Of a DNA stretch of 60,001 bases, positions 1-10,022 are shown piece by piece. Made by a program: the position numbers and the translations under genes. This DNA comes from a virus (Duplodnaviria; Caudoviricetes), in IMG/VR virus record IMGVR_UViG_3300028610_001416, positions 1-60,001 of that record. One strand, written 5' to 3'. The notes under the pieces were generated by a model that was not told the DNA's origin, searched no databases, and saw only the letters and a list, made by a program, of their open reading frames with translations. The number at the start of each line of letters is the position of its first letter. The stretch's first letter is position 1.

Positions 1-144
1 GTGTGTTCAGTTAAGACAATGCATCAAGTACTTAGGAGTTCTGATGGAATCCCTGTGTTCACTTGTAATGCTGGTGAAGATTTCAAAGCAACTCCGAGTG
101 ATTCTACTAACTGGTATTTTTATATTGTTTATACCATAGATTAG
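1..144. repeat. Terminal direct repeat, copy 1 (circular-assembly overlap)
   Basis: 1-144 is identical to 59858-60001; it lies inside ORF 59654-60001, so the contig is a circular permutation. Confidence 0.95.
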
Positions 145-156
145 AAAGAGTAAAAA

Positions 157-1053
157 ATGACAGCTTCAGGAAATTACATAGCCGAAAGCGATGTTGATAA
201 CTGGCCAACAGCGGTTGCAGCGACAGAGACTTTTGTGACAACTGCTGTGGCTATCTCTACTGATAGGATTACTGTGACAAACAATATAGTAACTTGCACA
301 GAAATTCAGTTCAGTTCAACTGGTGAAGTACCTGCTCCACTTGAGACTGGAGTTATCTACTATGCTATTAATGTTGATGCTACTCATATTAAGGTTGCAT
401 CAACTCCAGTGTTGGCTGCTGCTGGAACGGCTATTGACTTGACTGATGTAGGTTCTGGAACGCACACCCTTGACATTGGTAGTGGAAGCAGTACAGTTGA
501 AAGGCAGGAAGTTATTGACAGGGCTGAGCAGCTTATTGAAAAAATTACTCGTGATTATTTTTATTCTAAAGCTTTTGCTGTCTACCGAAATGGTAATGGT
601 AAGAATAAATTGTTTCTTGGGTTGGTACCTCATATTCTTTCAGTAACTGAAATTTTAATTACAGGGGTGGAATTAACTACTACGTGGTACACTTTTGATA
701 TAGATTCTGTTTACCTTGACCCAGAAGCATTACCTGGAGGCGGAGAATCAGCTGAACTGCTATTGCGAATGAATCAAAAGGAAAGGTTGTTTCCAAAAGG
801 AATGGGTAATATCAAAATCACTGGTACCTATGGTTGGTCAGCTTGTCCTGTTATGATTAAGCAGGTAGCTATAATTCTTTGTCGTTATGAAAACGATGGA
901 ACATTGTACACAAAATACGATGACCTTGTTTCTGATAAGCTTGGAGATATGAGCCAGGCTCGTGGCCAAAAGAAATTTCTTACAGGCTTAATGGAAGCAG
1001 ATAGATTGATACAGAATTACATTCGTAAGAAACCAATGTTTGGAGTGGCATGA
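157..1053 (+). CDS. Head-tail adaptor/connector protein with an N-terminal beta-rich insertion
   Basis: Follows the head genes on the circle; 'IDRAEQLIEKIT...NIKITGTYGWSACPVMIKQVA' resembles adaptor proteins; precedes the head-closure gene. Confidence 0.7.
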   Translation: MTASGNYIAESDVDNWPTAVAATETFVTTAVAISTDRITVTNNIVTCTEIQFSSTGEVPAPLETGVIYYAINVDATHIKVASTPVLAAAGTAIDLTDVGSGTHTLDIGSGSSTVERQEVIDRAEQLIEKITRDYFYSKAFAVYRNGNGKNKLFLGLVPHILSVTEILITGVELTTTWYTFDIDSVYLDPEALPGGGESAELLLRMNQKERLFPKGMGNIKITGTYGWSACPVMIKQVAIILCRYENDGTLYTKYDDLVSDKLGDMSQARGQKKFLTGLMEADRLIQNYIRKKPMFGVA

Positions 1054-1358
1054 TTCAATTAAACATAAAAGTCAATATACTTAGGATTGCTAAAACTCCA
1101 AGTGCTATGGGGTCAGCGGAAGTTGTCAATGTTCTGCATAATAATTTACCTTGTAGAATTAACTGGAAGCCCGGTAGAGAAAAAATATTTTTTAATAAGG
1201 AAAGTCATTTCAGTGATGCAAAATTGTTTTGTAGGGTGGTCGATGTAACTAACAAAGACCGAGTGCAGTATAAAGGCAAGGTCTATCAAATAGCAGATGA
1301 TATTAACCCCGATGAATGTAACAGGCTTTTAGTGCTGGATTTGAAATTGGTAGAATGA
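1050..1358 (+). CDS. Head closure/stopper protein (SPP1 gp16-like)
   Basis: About 100 aa with 'KDRVQYKGKVYQI...INPDE...L' pattern; synteny. Confidence 0.7.
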   Translation: MIQLNIKVNILRIAKTPSAMGSAEVVNVLHNNLPCRINWKPGREKIFFNKESHFSDAKLFCRVVDVTNKDRVQYKGKVYQIADDINPDECNRLLVLDLKLVE

Positions 1359-1495
1359 CCTATCATGGGTTAAAATTTGAGGTTAGTACAAAGTTACAGG
1401 CTAATCGTGTTAGAACAGAGAGCAAGGGCATATGACCCAGTTTAGGGTATATTTAGGGCAAGAGGCAGAGTCCAAAAGGTTGTAGAAAGTGGAAT

Positions 1496-1813
1496 ATGTC
1501 TAAAATACAGGATAACACCAATGAAATTTTAGCTGAAGTAGACAGGTTGATTAGGAAGAAACTTGAGCTTGCAGCTTTGCTCGTTGAAGGCACAGCCAAA
1601 GAGCCTGGTTATTGTCCAAGGGCTACAGGCACTTCGGCTCGTAGTATCACACATGAAATGTCACCTGATGGAAGGTCAGTTAAGATTGGCAGTAATGTTG
1701 AATACTTTCCTTATCATGAGATGGGTACGGTGAACATGCCTGCCCATGCTTCCTTGCGTAGAGCGTTAATGTTTAATAGAAAACCAATCAAGAGGCTTTT
1801 TAGTACAAAATGA
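1496..1813 (+). CDS. HK97 gp10-like neck/tail-completion protein
   Basis: 'CPRATGTSARSI...IGSNVEYFPYHEMGT..MPAHASLRRA' matches the gp10 pattern (PVDTG..SI..YA.Y.E.GT..M.A.PFL). Confidence 0.8.
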   Translation: MSKIQDNTNEILAEVDRLIRKKLELAALLVEGTAKEPGYCPRATGTSARSITHEMSPDGRSVKIGSNVEYFPYHEMGTVNMPAHASLRRALMFNRKPIKRLFSTK

Positions 1814-2190
1814 AAGTTTTATTTGAAGCTATTTATAATCGTTGGTTGAGTGAGGGGAAGCTTGGGCTGACACAGTTTTATAATACAGAAGTTGATGATG
1901 ATGCTGTATTTCCCTATGGTGTTTTCACGACTAACATTACATCAGACGACCCTGGGTTTGGTGAGGAAGGTGAGAATTGCTTAATAATGTTTGTTCTATT
2001 TTCTAAGGAGACGCTTGCAACAGAACTTTGTCAAGTGTTTGAAGCGATGAAAGCAGCATTTGATAAACATGATTTAGCTGTTGTTGGCTACGAACCAATC
2101 AGTTTAACGAGAGAATCTGCCAATATGATTAGGATAGAAAAGGTTTGGCAGTACAATGTGACATATAATTTGTTAATCCAAAAGAATTAA
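1810..2190 (+). CDS. Tail terminator protein
   Basis: Size, 'AVFPYGVF' motif and position before the major tail gene. Confidence 0.65.
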   Translation: MKVLFEAIYNRWLSEGKLGLTQFYNTEVDDDAVFPYGVFTTNITSDDPGFGEEGENCLIMFVLFSKETLATELCQVFEAMKAAFDKHDLAVVGYEPISLTRESANMIRIEKVWQYNVTYNLLIQKN

Positions 2191-2208
2191 TAGTAAAGGA
2201 GAAATATT

Positions 2209-2955
2209 ATGACAGTTCCCAAAGCGGGTTACAAAGGTGATGTCTACATCGGTGCTGTAAAGATTGCCGCAGCGACTTGGACATCTACTGGTGGAGAGAG
2301 GCAGATGCAAGCAGTTGATGAGTTTAGTGATGAGATTATTACAGATTTGCCTTTGCAAATTAGGGGCGGTACTATTACCATTACCGGCCACTATAAGATG
2401 GACACCGATGTTGGCCAGAAGTTGATTGCAACCAGGTTTGCTGCTGGTGCACAAATAACTGATTTGAAATTGTACACTGACCAGGTAAGCGGTATTTATC
2501 TAACACCAGATGATACTACCACACCAGTATCTTTTGCGACAGTTACTAATTGTCGCAATGTTGGTGACGACAAATCTGGTATTGGTACGTTCACTGCCAC
2601 GTTGTTAATGAGTGGTGTGTTGAAGCAGGTAGGTGACACAGCATCAGTTCAGATTGTGACGGAAGGTTCACATAGTCTTGTGGCAACTGAGGCTGAACTT
2701 GTTGGTACTCTTACCAGCTACGGTGGAGAAGGTGGAGCTATCAACTGTTACTTTGAATGGGGCTTGACGACCAGCTACGAGATTGCTGATTCAAGTGGCA
2801 GTTCCGACGACTTCACTGCAGAAATTGGTATGTTTGGTTATAAGGTTGCTGCAGGATTATCAGGAACGAATGTTTATCATTATCGTGCCGTTGCAAAATA
2901 CGATACTGACAAATATGCTTACGGTGTAGATAAAACATTCACCACACCAGCGTAA
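2209..2955 (+). CDS. Major tail tube protein with a C-terminal Fn3/Ig-like domain
   Basis: Synteny; C-terminus 'YFEWGLTTSY...YHYRAVA...YGVDKTFTT' is Fn3-like; strong SD (AAGGAG). Confidence 0.7.
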   Translation: MTVPKAGYKGDVYIGAVKIAAATWTSTGGERQMQAVDEFSDEIITDLPLQIRGGTITITGHYKMDTDVGQKLIATRFAAGAQITDLKLYTDQVSGIYLTPDDTTTPVSFATVTNCRNVGDDKSGIGTFTATLLMSGVLKQVGDTASVQIVTEGSHSLVATEAELVGTLTSYGGEGGAINCYFEWGLTTSYEIADSSGSSDDFTAEIGMFGYKVAAGLSGTNVYHYRAVAKYDTDKYAYGVDKTFTTPA

Positions 2956-2983
2956 ACTAAAAATATAATTGAAGGAGTATGAA

Positions 2984-3421
2984 ATGCCACAGTTTAATTC
3001 AGCTAATACAGGTACGTGGTTTTATTTTGATTCCACCAATGAAGACCTTGGTGGTGTGTGCCTAAGGGAATTAAGTACTGAAGAGAACCGACGAATTGAG
3101 AGAATGACTATCAAGAAAAGAAAGAAGGTCAAACGAGGTATTGCTTATGATGACCCTGCGGTTGATGAGAAGCTGTCTTCAAAGATGCGGTGGGATTTCT
3201 GTATTACCGATTGGAAAGCAGTAGAACTTGACGGACAGCCGCTCGAATGTAATGCTGAGAACAAAGTTAAAATGATGAAGGTTACAGACTTTGTAAAGCA
3301 TATCGTGACTTCGCTTGAAATATTGGTTGAAGCGAACGCAACAATTGAAGAGGCAAGAGTAAAAAACTTGCCGATTTCATCGAGCGACAATGTCAAAAAC
3401 CCGACTGTGAAGTCTGTATAG
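2984..3421 (+). CDS. Tail assembly chaperone (gpG-like)
   Basis: Between tail tube and tape measure; 'ITDWKAV..DGQPLEC..ENK' typical; SD GAAGGAG before ATG 2984. Confidence 0.8.
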   Translation: MPQFNSANTGTWFYFDSTNEDLGGVCLRELSTEENRRIERMTIKKRKKVKRGIAYDDPAVDEKLSSKMRWDFCITDWKAVELDGQPLECNAENKVKMMKVTDFVKHIVTSLEILVEANATIEEARVKNLPISSSDNVKNPTVKSV

Positions 3422-3678
3422 AATTAAATGACAACGACGGTACAGAACCACCTTGTGATAATTGTTATGTAGAGTTAGATGAAAACAATGTTGAGATTTG
3501 GTATATATATTCGCTTGTCAGAGGTCAGTTGAAGTTGACGTCTATGGGTGAAATACTGGGTCTTGATTATACAGCGGTATTAGATGTTGTTAAACTGTAC
3601 TATGATGCTGATGAAGTTAGAAAAGTTTTTGAATCAATTATAGAATGCTTTCGAATTGAAAGAGAGTTAGACCAATGA
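3361..3678 (+). CDS. -1 frameshift extension of the tail chaperone (gpGT-like)
   Basis: Slippery heptamer A AAA AAC at 3361-3367; the -1 frame stays open (LADFIERQCQKPDC...GEILGLDYTAV...ELDQ*) to TGA 3676-3678, which overlaps the tape-measure ATG. Confidence 0.8.
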   Translation, partial: KKLADFIERQCQKPDCEVCIELNDNDGTEPPCDNCYVELDENNVEIWYIYSLVRGQLKLTSMGEILGLDYTAVLDVVKLYYDADEVRKVFESIIECFRIERELDQ

Positions 3679-5573
3679 ATTTTATGACAGCCGATGTTGA
3701 GATAAAGGTTGATGGTAGCAAATTACCTGCTCAGCTTGCCAAGGCTAAGACTCTTGTTGTGAAAACTGTATCAACAATTAAAAATTCATTTAGTAAGATA
3801 GCTACCTCTTTCAAAGCTGCCTTTGATAAAATGGTTCGTATAGCGAAGTGGGGGGCTTTGGCAATTGCAGGAGCTTTGACCCTTGCGACACGAGCAGCAA
3901 TGAAACAACAGGATGCTGTATTTCTGTTGACTGCCGCTCTTAAAATTGCAGGCGAATGGACACAAACAATTGAGAATAGGTTTAGAGCTTTTGCTGCAAG
4001 TATTCAAAAGGCTACTATCTATGGTGATGAGGAAGTTTTGGCTTTGATGCAATTGCAAAAGAGTTTGGGTGTTACTGCGGACAAGCTTGAACTCGCTGCA
4101 AAACAAGCAATCGGTCTTGCGACAGCCACTGGAAGAGATATTAGGTCAATGGCTATGTATATAGCTCTTGCCCAACAGGGTGAGTTTACAATGCTTCGTC
4201 GGTATATACCTGCACTGAGAGCGACTACTGATGAGACTGAACAATTGGAAATTATTACCAGGGTTTGTGCTGAAGGTTTCAAACTTGCAGAAGAAAGGGC
4301 GAAGACAACGTCGGGTGGTTTGAAGCAGATGTGGAATGCTCTTGGTGATGTTTCTGAAAAAATAGGTGGTGCATTATTGCCTGCGATAACAGATTCAGCT
4401 AAGGCAATAAAAGAATGGGCTAAGAACAATGAAGATGCAATTGGTCGTTGGGCTGAAACTACCGTTGCCTATATTACTTATGCAAAAGATGTATTTATAG
4501 AATTCTTAAAATTTATGAGGTCGGACTTTGGTGCAGGAATTAAACTGGGTTTAGATGTAGGTATAATACTCCTTAAAGGATTTGGAAAATCTATAGTTAT
4601 AATTTTAGAGTTTGCTGCTGTCAAAGCTGCCGATGCTTTTATAACAGTGTTTGGGGATACTATTGCAGCACAATTTGAAAAGCTGGCTGAGAAATTAAAA
4701 TATTATAAGCCATTAGAAGCCTGGGGGTTGAGAGGAATTGCTAAAAGAATAAAAGAAGCAAAGGAACCTACTGCTATAGCTCCTGTTGAGCCCAGACTTA
4801 AACAGGTTTTAGGACAAACCAGAGACGAGCTTATGGGCATGACTCCACCGAAGTTGTTAGTGGGAGTCGATGCCGCGTCGGAAAGGTTAATAATATCGCT
4901 TAAATCTATAGGACAGACGGCTAAAGAACAGCAAGAGCCAATGGAAGAAGCTTTTGTTGGCACTTTACAAAAAGCAAAAGAGGTAGCGAAAGAGGTGACA
5001 GAAGAGTTGGGAAGAGTTCAAGCTGATATGGCAGCGGGTATGGCAAGGTCCTTTAGTGAAGCTATTGACAAAATGATATTTGAAAGCAAAAGGCTTAGTG
5101 ATGCATTGAAAGACATGGGACGTGCTATTTTGCGTATGATAACAGAAATAGTTATGTACGAATCTTTAGCACGACCATTGGCTGAATTTATCACAGGCAA
5201 AGAGGGGAAACCAGGCTTTGCTCAGGTAGCATTGGGTGCAGTCGCAGGTGGTATCGGTAGCTTGTTCGGTCCGGGAGCCGGTACGGTAGGTGCAGAAATG
5301 TCAGCACAAGCAAAACCGGGTTATTATGAATCAGCACAACATGGAGGTTATGTAGAAAAAACAGGTTGGGCTAAGATACATAAGGGCGAAACATACTCAG
5401 GTGTTAATGGTAGCTACGGTAAATCTACGGTGAATGTTTACAATACAATATCCGACCGCGTAGAGGTTGAGGTTGAGGAATATATGCAATCCGACCAGCG
5501 AATTATTGATGTATCAATGAAGGCTGCAGGAACTGATAGTCTATATCGGAGAAGTATAAGAGGTGTTCACTAA
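3675..5573 (+). CDS. Tape measure protein
   Basis: 632 aa, Ala-rich and helical, follows the chaperones; C-terminal 'HGGYV..TGWAKIHKGE' motif typical of tape measure C-termini. Confidence 0.85.
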   Translation: MNFMTADVEIKVDGSKLPAQLAKAKTLVVKTVSTIKNSFSKIATSFKAAFDKMVRIAKWGALAIAGALTLATRAAMKQQDAVFLLTAALKIAGEWTQTIENRFRAFAASIQKATIYGDEEVLALMQLQKSLGVTADKLELAAKQAIGLATATGRDIRSMAMYIALAQQGEFTMLRRYIPALRATTDETEQLEIITRVCAEGFKLAEERAKTTSGGLKQMWNALGDVSEKIGGALLPAITDSAKAIKEWAKNNEDAIGRWAETTVAYITYAKDVFIEFLKFMRSDFGAGIKLGLDVGIILLKGFGKSIVIILEFAAVKAADAFITVFGDTIAAQFEKLAEKLKYYKPLEAWGLRGIAKRIKEAKEPTAIAPVEPRLKQVLGQTRDELMGMTPPKLLVGVDAASERLIISLKSIGQTAKEQQEPMEEAFVGTLQKAKEVAKEVTEELGRVQADMAAGMARSFSEAIDKMIFESKRLSDALKDMGRAILRMITEIVMYESLARPLAEFITGKEGKPGFAQVALGAVAGGIGSLFGPGAGTVGAEMSAQAKPGYYESAQHGGYVEKTGWAKIHKGETYSGVNGSYGKSTVNVYNTISDRVEVEVEEYMQSDQRIIDVSMKAAGTDSLYRRSIRGVH

Positions 5574-6058
5574 TGGCTGATATGACAGTATTTCCAGAAG
5601 TATTAGAGTTGGTAGTAGAACAGCACACACCAGTTCTACCAGATGTTGGCCACGTGGTAGCAATGACGACTCAGGAGCTTAGTTTGACACAATTTGCACT
5701 GACGACAATAAGTTCCTTCCCGGGTCTCTCACGAGGGCCAAGTCATAACTTTAGTGATGAGAAGTCAGATAATGCCGTGTTAGTTCACTCAACTGCATCA
5801 GGCTATCCTGTACTCAATAAATTATTTACTTTTGATGGTCGTACCTTTACACCAGAGTTACGAAGCGTAATTGAAGTAGATAAACTTACAGTGGTGGCAT
5901 TTTACGAAATAAATAAAGCAAAGGAATTTCCTTGGTACAATGAACAGGATTCTACATGGTACACTGTTTGCTTTATCAGTAAGCCTAAATGCCGGTTAGA
6001 CGGACGAAAAGATTTATGGCGTATTCAATTAAACCTTTTACAGACAGAAGCTAATTAA
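5573..6058 (+). CDS. Distal tail protein (lambda gpM-like) with N-terminal repeats
   Basis: Directly after the tape measure; 'FPWYNEQD...YTVCF..KP' pattern. Confidence 0.5.
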   Translation: MADMTVFPEVLELVVEQHTPVLPDVGHVVAMTTQELSLTQFALTTISSFPGLSRGPSHNFSDEKSDNAVLVHSTASGYPVLNKLFTFDGRTFTPELRSVIEVDKLTVVAFYEINKAKEFPWYNEQDSTWYTVCFISKPKCRLDGRKDLWRIQLNLLQTEAN

Positions 6059-6068
6059 GGAAACTATT

Positions 6069-6299
6069 ATGGAAGCAGTACCTATAACTCTTTACGGTAA
6101 ACAATATTGGAAAGTTGGAACTGAAATTTATACTCAAATCGGTGACAAGTTAGTTAGGGTTGACCACTTCGATAAGAACAATAAACCTGTATGCAAGGAC
6201 ACGTGGTCAGAAGAAACTCCGAATGCAAAAGGTGGACAGGATTGTACTGTCCATATGGAATGTTTACAAATAGCAGCCAAACCAAATAAGATAGGTTAA
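6069..6299 (+). CDS. Hypothetical protein
   Basis: ORF with SD AAGGA in the tail operon. Confidence 0.55.
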   Translation: MEAVPITLYGKQYWKVGTEIYTQIGDKLVRVDHFDKNNKPVCKDTWSEETPNAKGGQDCTVHMECLQIAAKPNKIG

Positions 6300-6313
6300 A
6301 GAAAGGAGCTATC

Positions 6314-6730
6314 ATGGCTTCAGGAATGTACAGTAGGTTCAAAGCGAACCTTATGAACGGTGAAGTAGATTTAGAAGCAGACACCATTAAAGTTATCCTT
6401 TTGGATAACAATCATGCCTTCAATGCAGCACATAATGTCATTGGTGACATCGATGGCAATGAATTAGCTGCCGCTGGTAATTATGCTCAGAAAACAAAAG
6501 AGTTAGCCGGTAAAGGAGTCACACAGGGAGCATCTACCAAATGGGATGGTACTGATACTGAGTGGGCTGCGGCAACGTTCTCTGCCTGGCATGCAGCACT
6601 TTACGACGACACACATGCAACTGACGACCTGATTGGTACATGGGACTTTGGTGGTGAGAAGATTGTTGCAGCTGGTACGTTCAAACTTCAATGGCATGTG
6701 AACGGTATCATCACATTGGCAACAGCATAA
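6314..6730 (+). CDS. Putative minor tail/virion protein
   Basis: 'DLEADTIKVILL...ELA..GNY...DDLIG.WDFGG...GTFKLQW..GII' is a pattern common in phage tail regions; strong SD. Confidence 0.6.
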   Translation: MASGMYSRFKANLMNGEVDLEADTIKVILLDNNHAFNAAHNVIGDIDGNELAAAGNYAQKTKELAGKGVTQGASTKWDGTDTEWAAATFSAWHAALYDDTHATDDLIGTWDFGGEKIVAAGTFKLQWHVNGIITLATA

Positions 6731-6765
6731 CAATACCTACAAATTATTTTATTGAGGCGAATATT

Positions 6766-7062
6766 ATGTCCTGGAAAGTAAAAAGAGAAGTTGTAAGTAT
6801 AATCCCTTTTGACAAGAAATTCCCGAAAGGGGATATGGCAGAGCTATCAAAAATTGTGGCGACGCATGTTGAAACGGGTAATATTTATAAACTTAAACAG
6901 TTAATAAGAGTAGCTGCTGTTGGAAAACCTATTGATATGAAAGCGGCGTGGGATAAGATTTATAAACAGCATAAAGAAAGAATAGAACCTTCAGTTACCA
7001 ATCCTGTAGAGACCGCTGGTGTGGATTATCTTAATGCAAAGGAGGCTGCAGATGTTAGCTAA
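6766..7062 (+). CDS. Hypothetical protein
   Basis: ATG 6766 with GAGG SD; coupled to the next gene. Confidence 0.55.
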   Translation: MSWKVKREVVSIIPFDKKFPKGDMAELSKIVATHVETGNIYKLKQLIRVAAVGKPIDMKAAWDKIYKQHKERIEPSVTNPVETAGVDYLNAKEAADVS

Positions 7063-7483
7063 ATGGTTTCGATTAAGAATGATAAACCAGACAGGGGAGA
7101 CTATGACTTATGCCGATGGTGCTCGTATTGCTATCAGGTTAAGTCTTTGGAAAATCGTTGCTGGAGCAAAAGTCGATGATACGGTCATTACTGAAAACTT
7201 AGGTTTTGGTGCTGGAACGATAGTTGATGGCGGTGAGGTTGAAGGAACTGCGATTGATAATACTTCAGAAAAGCAATGGGGTGGGCATGGGATATTTGAA
7301 ACAACCCATGATTTAGCTACTGGTGACGGAGTTTGTCGTTTGTATATGGAATTTTCCGATAATGACGGTAACTGGCCGAGTGACTCTGATGAATTTGAAA
7401 TAACGGATTTAATTCAGATTGCTGTATTACCAATCGACCCAGATGCAGTTGATGAAAGCCGAAGTGTAAACTTTGAGATATAA
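7052..7483 (+). CDS. Hypothetical virion protein
   Basis: AAGGAGG SD before ATG 7052; acidic and beta-rich; stop overlaps the next ATG. Confidence 0.55.
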   Translation: MLAKWFRLRMINQTGETMTYADGARIAIRLSLWKIVAGAKVDDTVITENLGFGAGTIVDGGEVEGTAIDNTSEKQWGGHGIFETTHDLATGDGVCRLYMEFSDNDGNWPSDSDEFEITDLIQIAVLPIDPDAVDESRSVNFEI

Positions 7484-10020
7484 TGTATTCTAACGGTGGC
7501 ATATACGTACCTGATAGAAAACCTCCCCTCGGTGCCAAGAGGAATCCCTACCTGCTCATAAATAGAAATCTTATTGCTGCTTGGGATATGTTAGCAGGAG
7601 CAGGTTTAACTGTTGAGGATAAAAGCGGGAATTGGAAAGTTGGAACCTTTGGTGCAGGAGGACAAGAACCTGTATGGCAAGAAGGCAAATTTGGTCCGAA
7701 TGTATATTTTGACGGTACTGATAAAATAAACGCACCAAGTCTTGGAACTTTAGCTTTACCGATAACGATTGTGGCTACAATTAAGCGTTCAGCACTTGGT
7801 GCCTGGGACCCAATATTGCTAACGCATGAAGTAGATAATAAATATTATGGTGCAAATCTTGCTATCAACCCTTCGAACAAAGTACAACTATGGTATGGTG
7901 ACGGAGATGGAAATACTTCAGCAGACCGTCGAACTAAAATTGGACTGACAAGTTTAGCAGTTGATAGATATTACTGTATAATTGGGGTTATTCGCAGTGC
8001 AACCGATATGGATATTTATATCGACAGTGTGAATGATGGTGGTGCCTATTCTGGTACAGGATTCTTTATGTCTACAGCGAACGGTGTGCCTGCAATCGGT
8101 CGTTTTATTTCGTTGGCTGCCGACAAATATTTCACAGGTACTATTGGACACGTTGATTTATATGACCGCGACCTTACCAACAAAGAAGTCACTCAACTTA
8201 CTCAAGAACCGTTCTGTGGCTACAGATGGCCTTCACTTGTTGAACGCATAGCTGGTGCTGGAGTAAATATAACTGTTCTACCAGCAACATTAGAATTAGC
8301 ATTAACGCAACACGCACTAACAGTCTCAACTGCCAACACAAAACTTCTACTTCATTTTGAAGGTGCTGACGAGTCAACAGACTTTACCGATAGTAGTGAT
8401 TCAGGCCATGCAGATACCGCTATAAATGATGCACAGATTGATACCGCTCAAAAATACTTTAACGATGCCAGTGGATTATTTGACGGTACAGGTGATTGTG
8501 TTCTTTATCCTAACCATGTTGATTGGGATAGAGGAGCAGGACATTACACAATAGATTGCAGAGTTAGGCTTAATGCTAACGGTAAAGTACAATGGATTGT
8601 AGCAAAGAATAGTGCACCAACATATTATCAAATAGGATTCTTTATCAACGCCAGTAATTTCTTGTGTGGACGTTGCGACAAAACGGCTGGCCCAACTATA
8701 TTTAATTCTGTTGCAAGCAATCGAGCACTTGCTGTTGATACGTGGTATCATGTTGCAATGGTTATTAATAGAACAACGAATAAAATGATGTTGTTTGTTA
8801 ATGGCTTTGAATGTACTTATTCGACACAAGATACAATAGATGGAACTGCTTATACGAATACTGTTCCTTTAATCATTGGTAGTGTACGTGAAGATGGTTC
8901 ACAAGCGAATTTCGACGGTTGGATAGACGAATTACGAATGTCCAAAGGTATCATGCGATGGTCATCGAACTTCACGCCACCAAATGCGCCTTACAACAGT
9001 TGTTACGTTGAGCTTGCGACACAGGCTTTAGCATTAACACAACACGCTCCAGTTGTTACATATGACTTTACAATATTTCCAGCGACACAGGCTTTAGCAT
9101 TAACACAACACGCTCCAGTTGTTACATATGACTTTACAATATTTCCTGCGACACAGGCTTTAGCATTAACACAACACGCAGTTTTAGCATACCCGTTGAG
9201 TACTGTGCTACTCACGACACAGGCTTTAGCATTAACACAACACGCTCCAGTTGTTACATATGACTTTACAATATTTCCAGCGACACAGGCTTTAGCATTA
9301 ACACAACACGCTCCATCGATTGTCATTAGCTCGACAATACTGATGGAAACACAGGCTTTGACTTTAACTCAACAGTCGCTTACAGTACGCGTCTTCTACA
9401 TCGCTATACCATCTTTCATACTTGAAACTTTGCTCAATCCTTATAGTGGAGAAGCGTGGTTATGGCTCGCTGAAATTATTGTTCCAAATTTCGATACTGT
9501 TCGTATTGCAAAGAATACTGCAAAAGTTATTTATGATGAGAATACTTATCCAAAAAGTAATTTTGAAGTCGAAAAGCAAAAGCTTTCAGGAGATGGTTCA
9601 ATTCCGAGTCTTGCATTTCGTGTGGCACATGACGAGGTTCATAATTTAGAAGCAATAATGAATGCTTCAAAGGGTATGAAACAAGGATATGTTAAACTTA
9701 TACGAACTTGCGAGAGTTTTCTTGATACTCCTGTACAAGATTTTGAAACTATCTATTCGATATTAACGGCCGGAAGTGACAGTGAATGGATTGTTTTTTC
9801 ACTTGGTATTCCTAATCCATTGACACAAAAAATACCACGTGATTTATACAGTTCTTCAGTTTGTAATCTTGCAACACCCAGTCTTTTCAAAGGTGTAAAA
9901 TGTCGATACGGTGGAGCGGATACAACATGCACAGGATTATTTGAAGATTGTTATATGAAAGGTAACGCACAGCATTGGGGTGCTGAGTTAGGTCTCGACC
10001 CAAGTTCTATAAAGGTATAG
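7483..10020 (+). CDS. Tail protein: two LamG/ConA-like domains, 22-aa repeats and a C-terminal lambda gpL-like tail-tip domain
   Basis: LamG motifs ('FTGTIGHVDLYDRDLT', 'LLLHFEG...WYHVAMV...FDGWIDELRMSKG'); C-terminal 'IPRDLYSSSVC...CRYGG...C......C' four-Cys pattern of gpL. Confidence 0.75.
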   Translation: MYSNGGIYVPDRKPPLGAKRNPYLLINRNLIAAWDMLAGAGLTVEDKSGNWKVGTFGAGGQEPVWQEGKFGPNVYFDGTDKINAPSLGTLALPITIVATIKRSALGAWDPILLTHEVDNKYYGANLAINPSNKVQLWYGDGDGNTSADRRTKIGLTSLAVDRYYCIIGVIRSATDMDIYIDSVNDGGAYSGTGFFMSTANGVPAIGRFISLAADKYFTGTIGHVDLYDRDLTNKEVTQLTQEPFCGYRWPSLVERIAGAGVNITVLPATLELALTQHALTVSTANTKLLLHFEGADESTDFTDSSDSGHADTAINDAQIDTAQKYFNDASGLFDGTGDCVLYPNHVDWDRGAGHYTIDCRVRLNANGKVQWIVAKNSAPTYYQIGFFINASNFLCGRCDKTAGPTIFNSVASNRALAVDTWYHVAMVINRTTNKMMLFVNGFECTYSTQDTIDGTAYTNTVPLIIGSVREDGSQANFDGWIDELRMSKGIMRWSSNFTPPNAPYNSCYVELATQALALTQHAPVVTYDFTIFPATQALALTQHAPVVTYDFTIFPATQALALTQHAVLAYPLSTVLLTTQALALTQHAPVVTYDFTIFPATQALALTQHAPSIVISSTILMETQALTLTQQSLTVRVFYIAIPSFILETLLNPYSGEAWLWLAEIIVPNFDTVRIAKNTAKVIYDENTYPKSNFEVEKQKLSGDGSIPSLAFRVAHDEVHNLEAIMNASKGMKQGYVKLIRTCESFLDTPVQDFETIYSILTAGSDSEWIVFSLGIPNPLTQKIPRDLYSSSVCNLATPSLFKGVKCRYGGADTTCTGLFEDCYMKGNAQHWGAELGLDPSSIKV
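9016..9375 (+). repeat. In-frame 66-bp (22-aa) tandem repeats, about 5.5 units
   Basis: gcgacacaggctttagcattaacacaacacgc... recurs at 9016, 9082, 9148, 9214 (begins acgac) and 9280, degenerate at 9346; encodes ATQALALTQHAPVVTYDFTIFP. Confidence 0.9.
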
Positions 10021-10022
10021 CT

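Noticed and set aside
1-144. Biological terminal repeat of the virion DNA
   Set aside because: It falls mid-gene in the head-neck operon and has the size of an assembler overlap; it shows circularity, not physical ends
9016-9375. Constant ~32-bp block alternating with variable blocks, CRISPR-like at first sight
   Set aside because: The period is exactly 66 bp and in frame inside a tail gene, three 'spacers' are near-identical, and there are no cas genes
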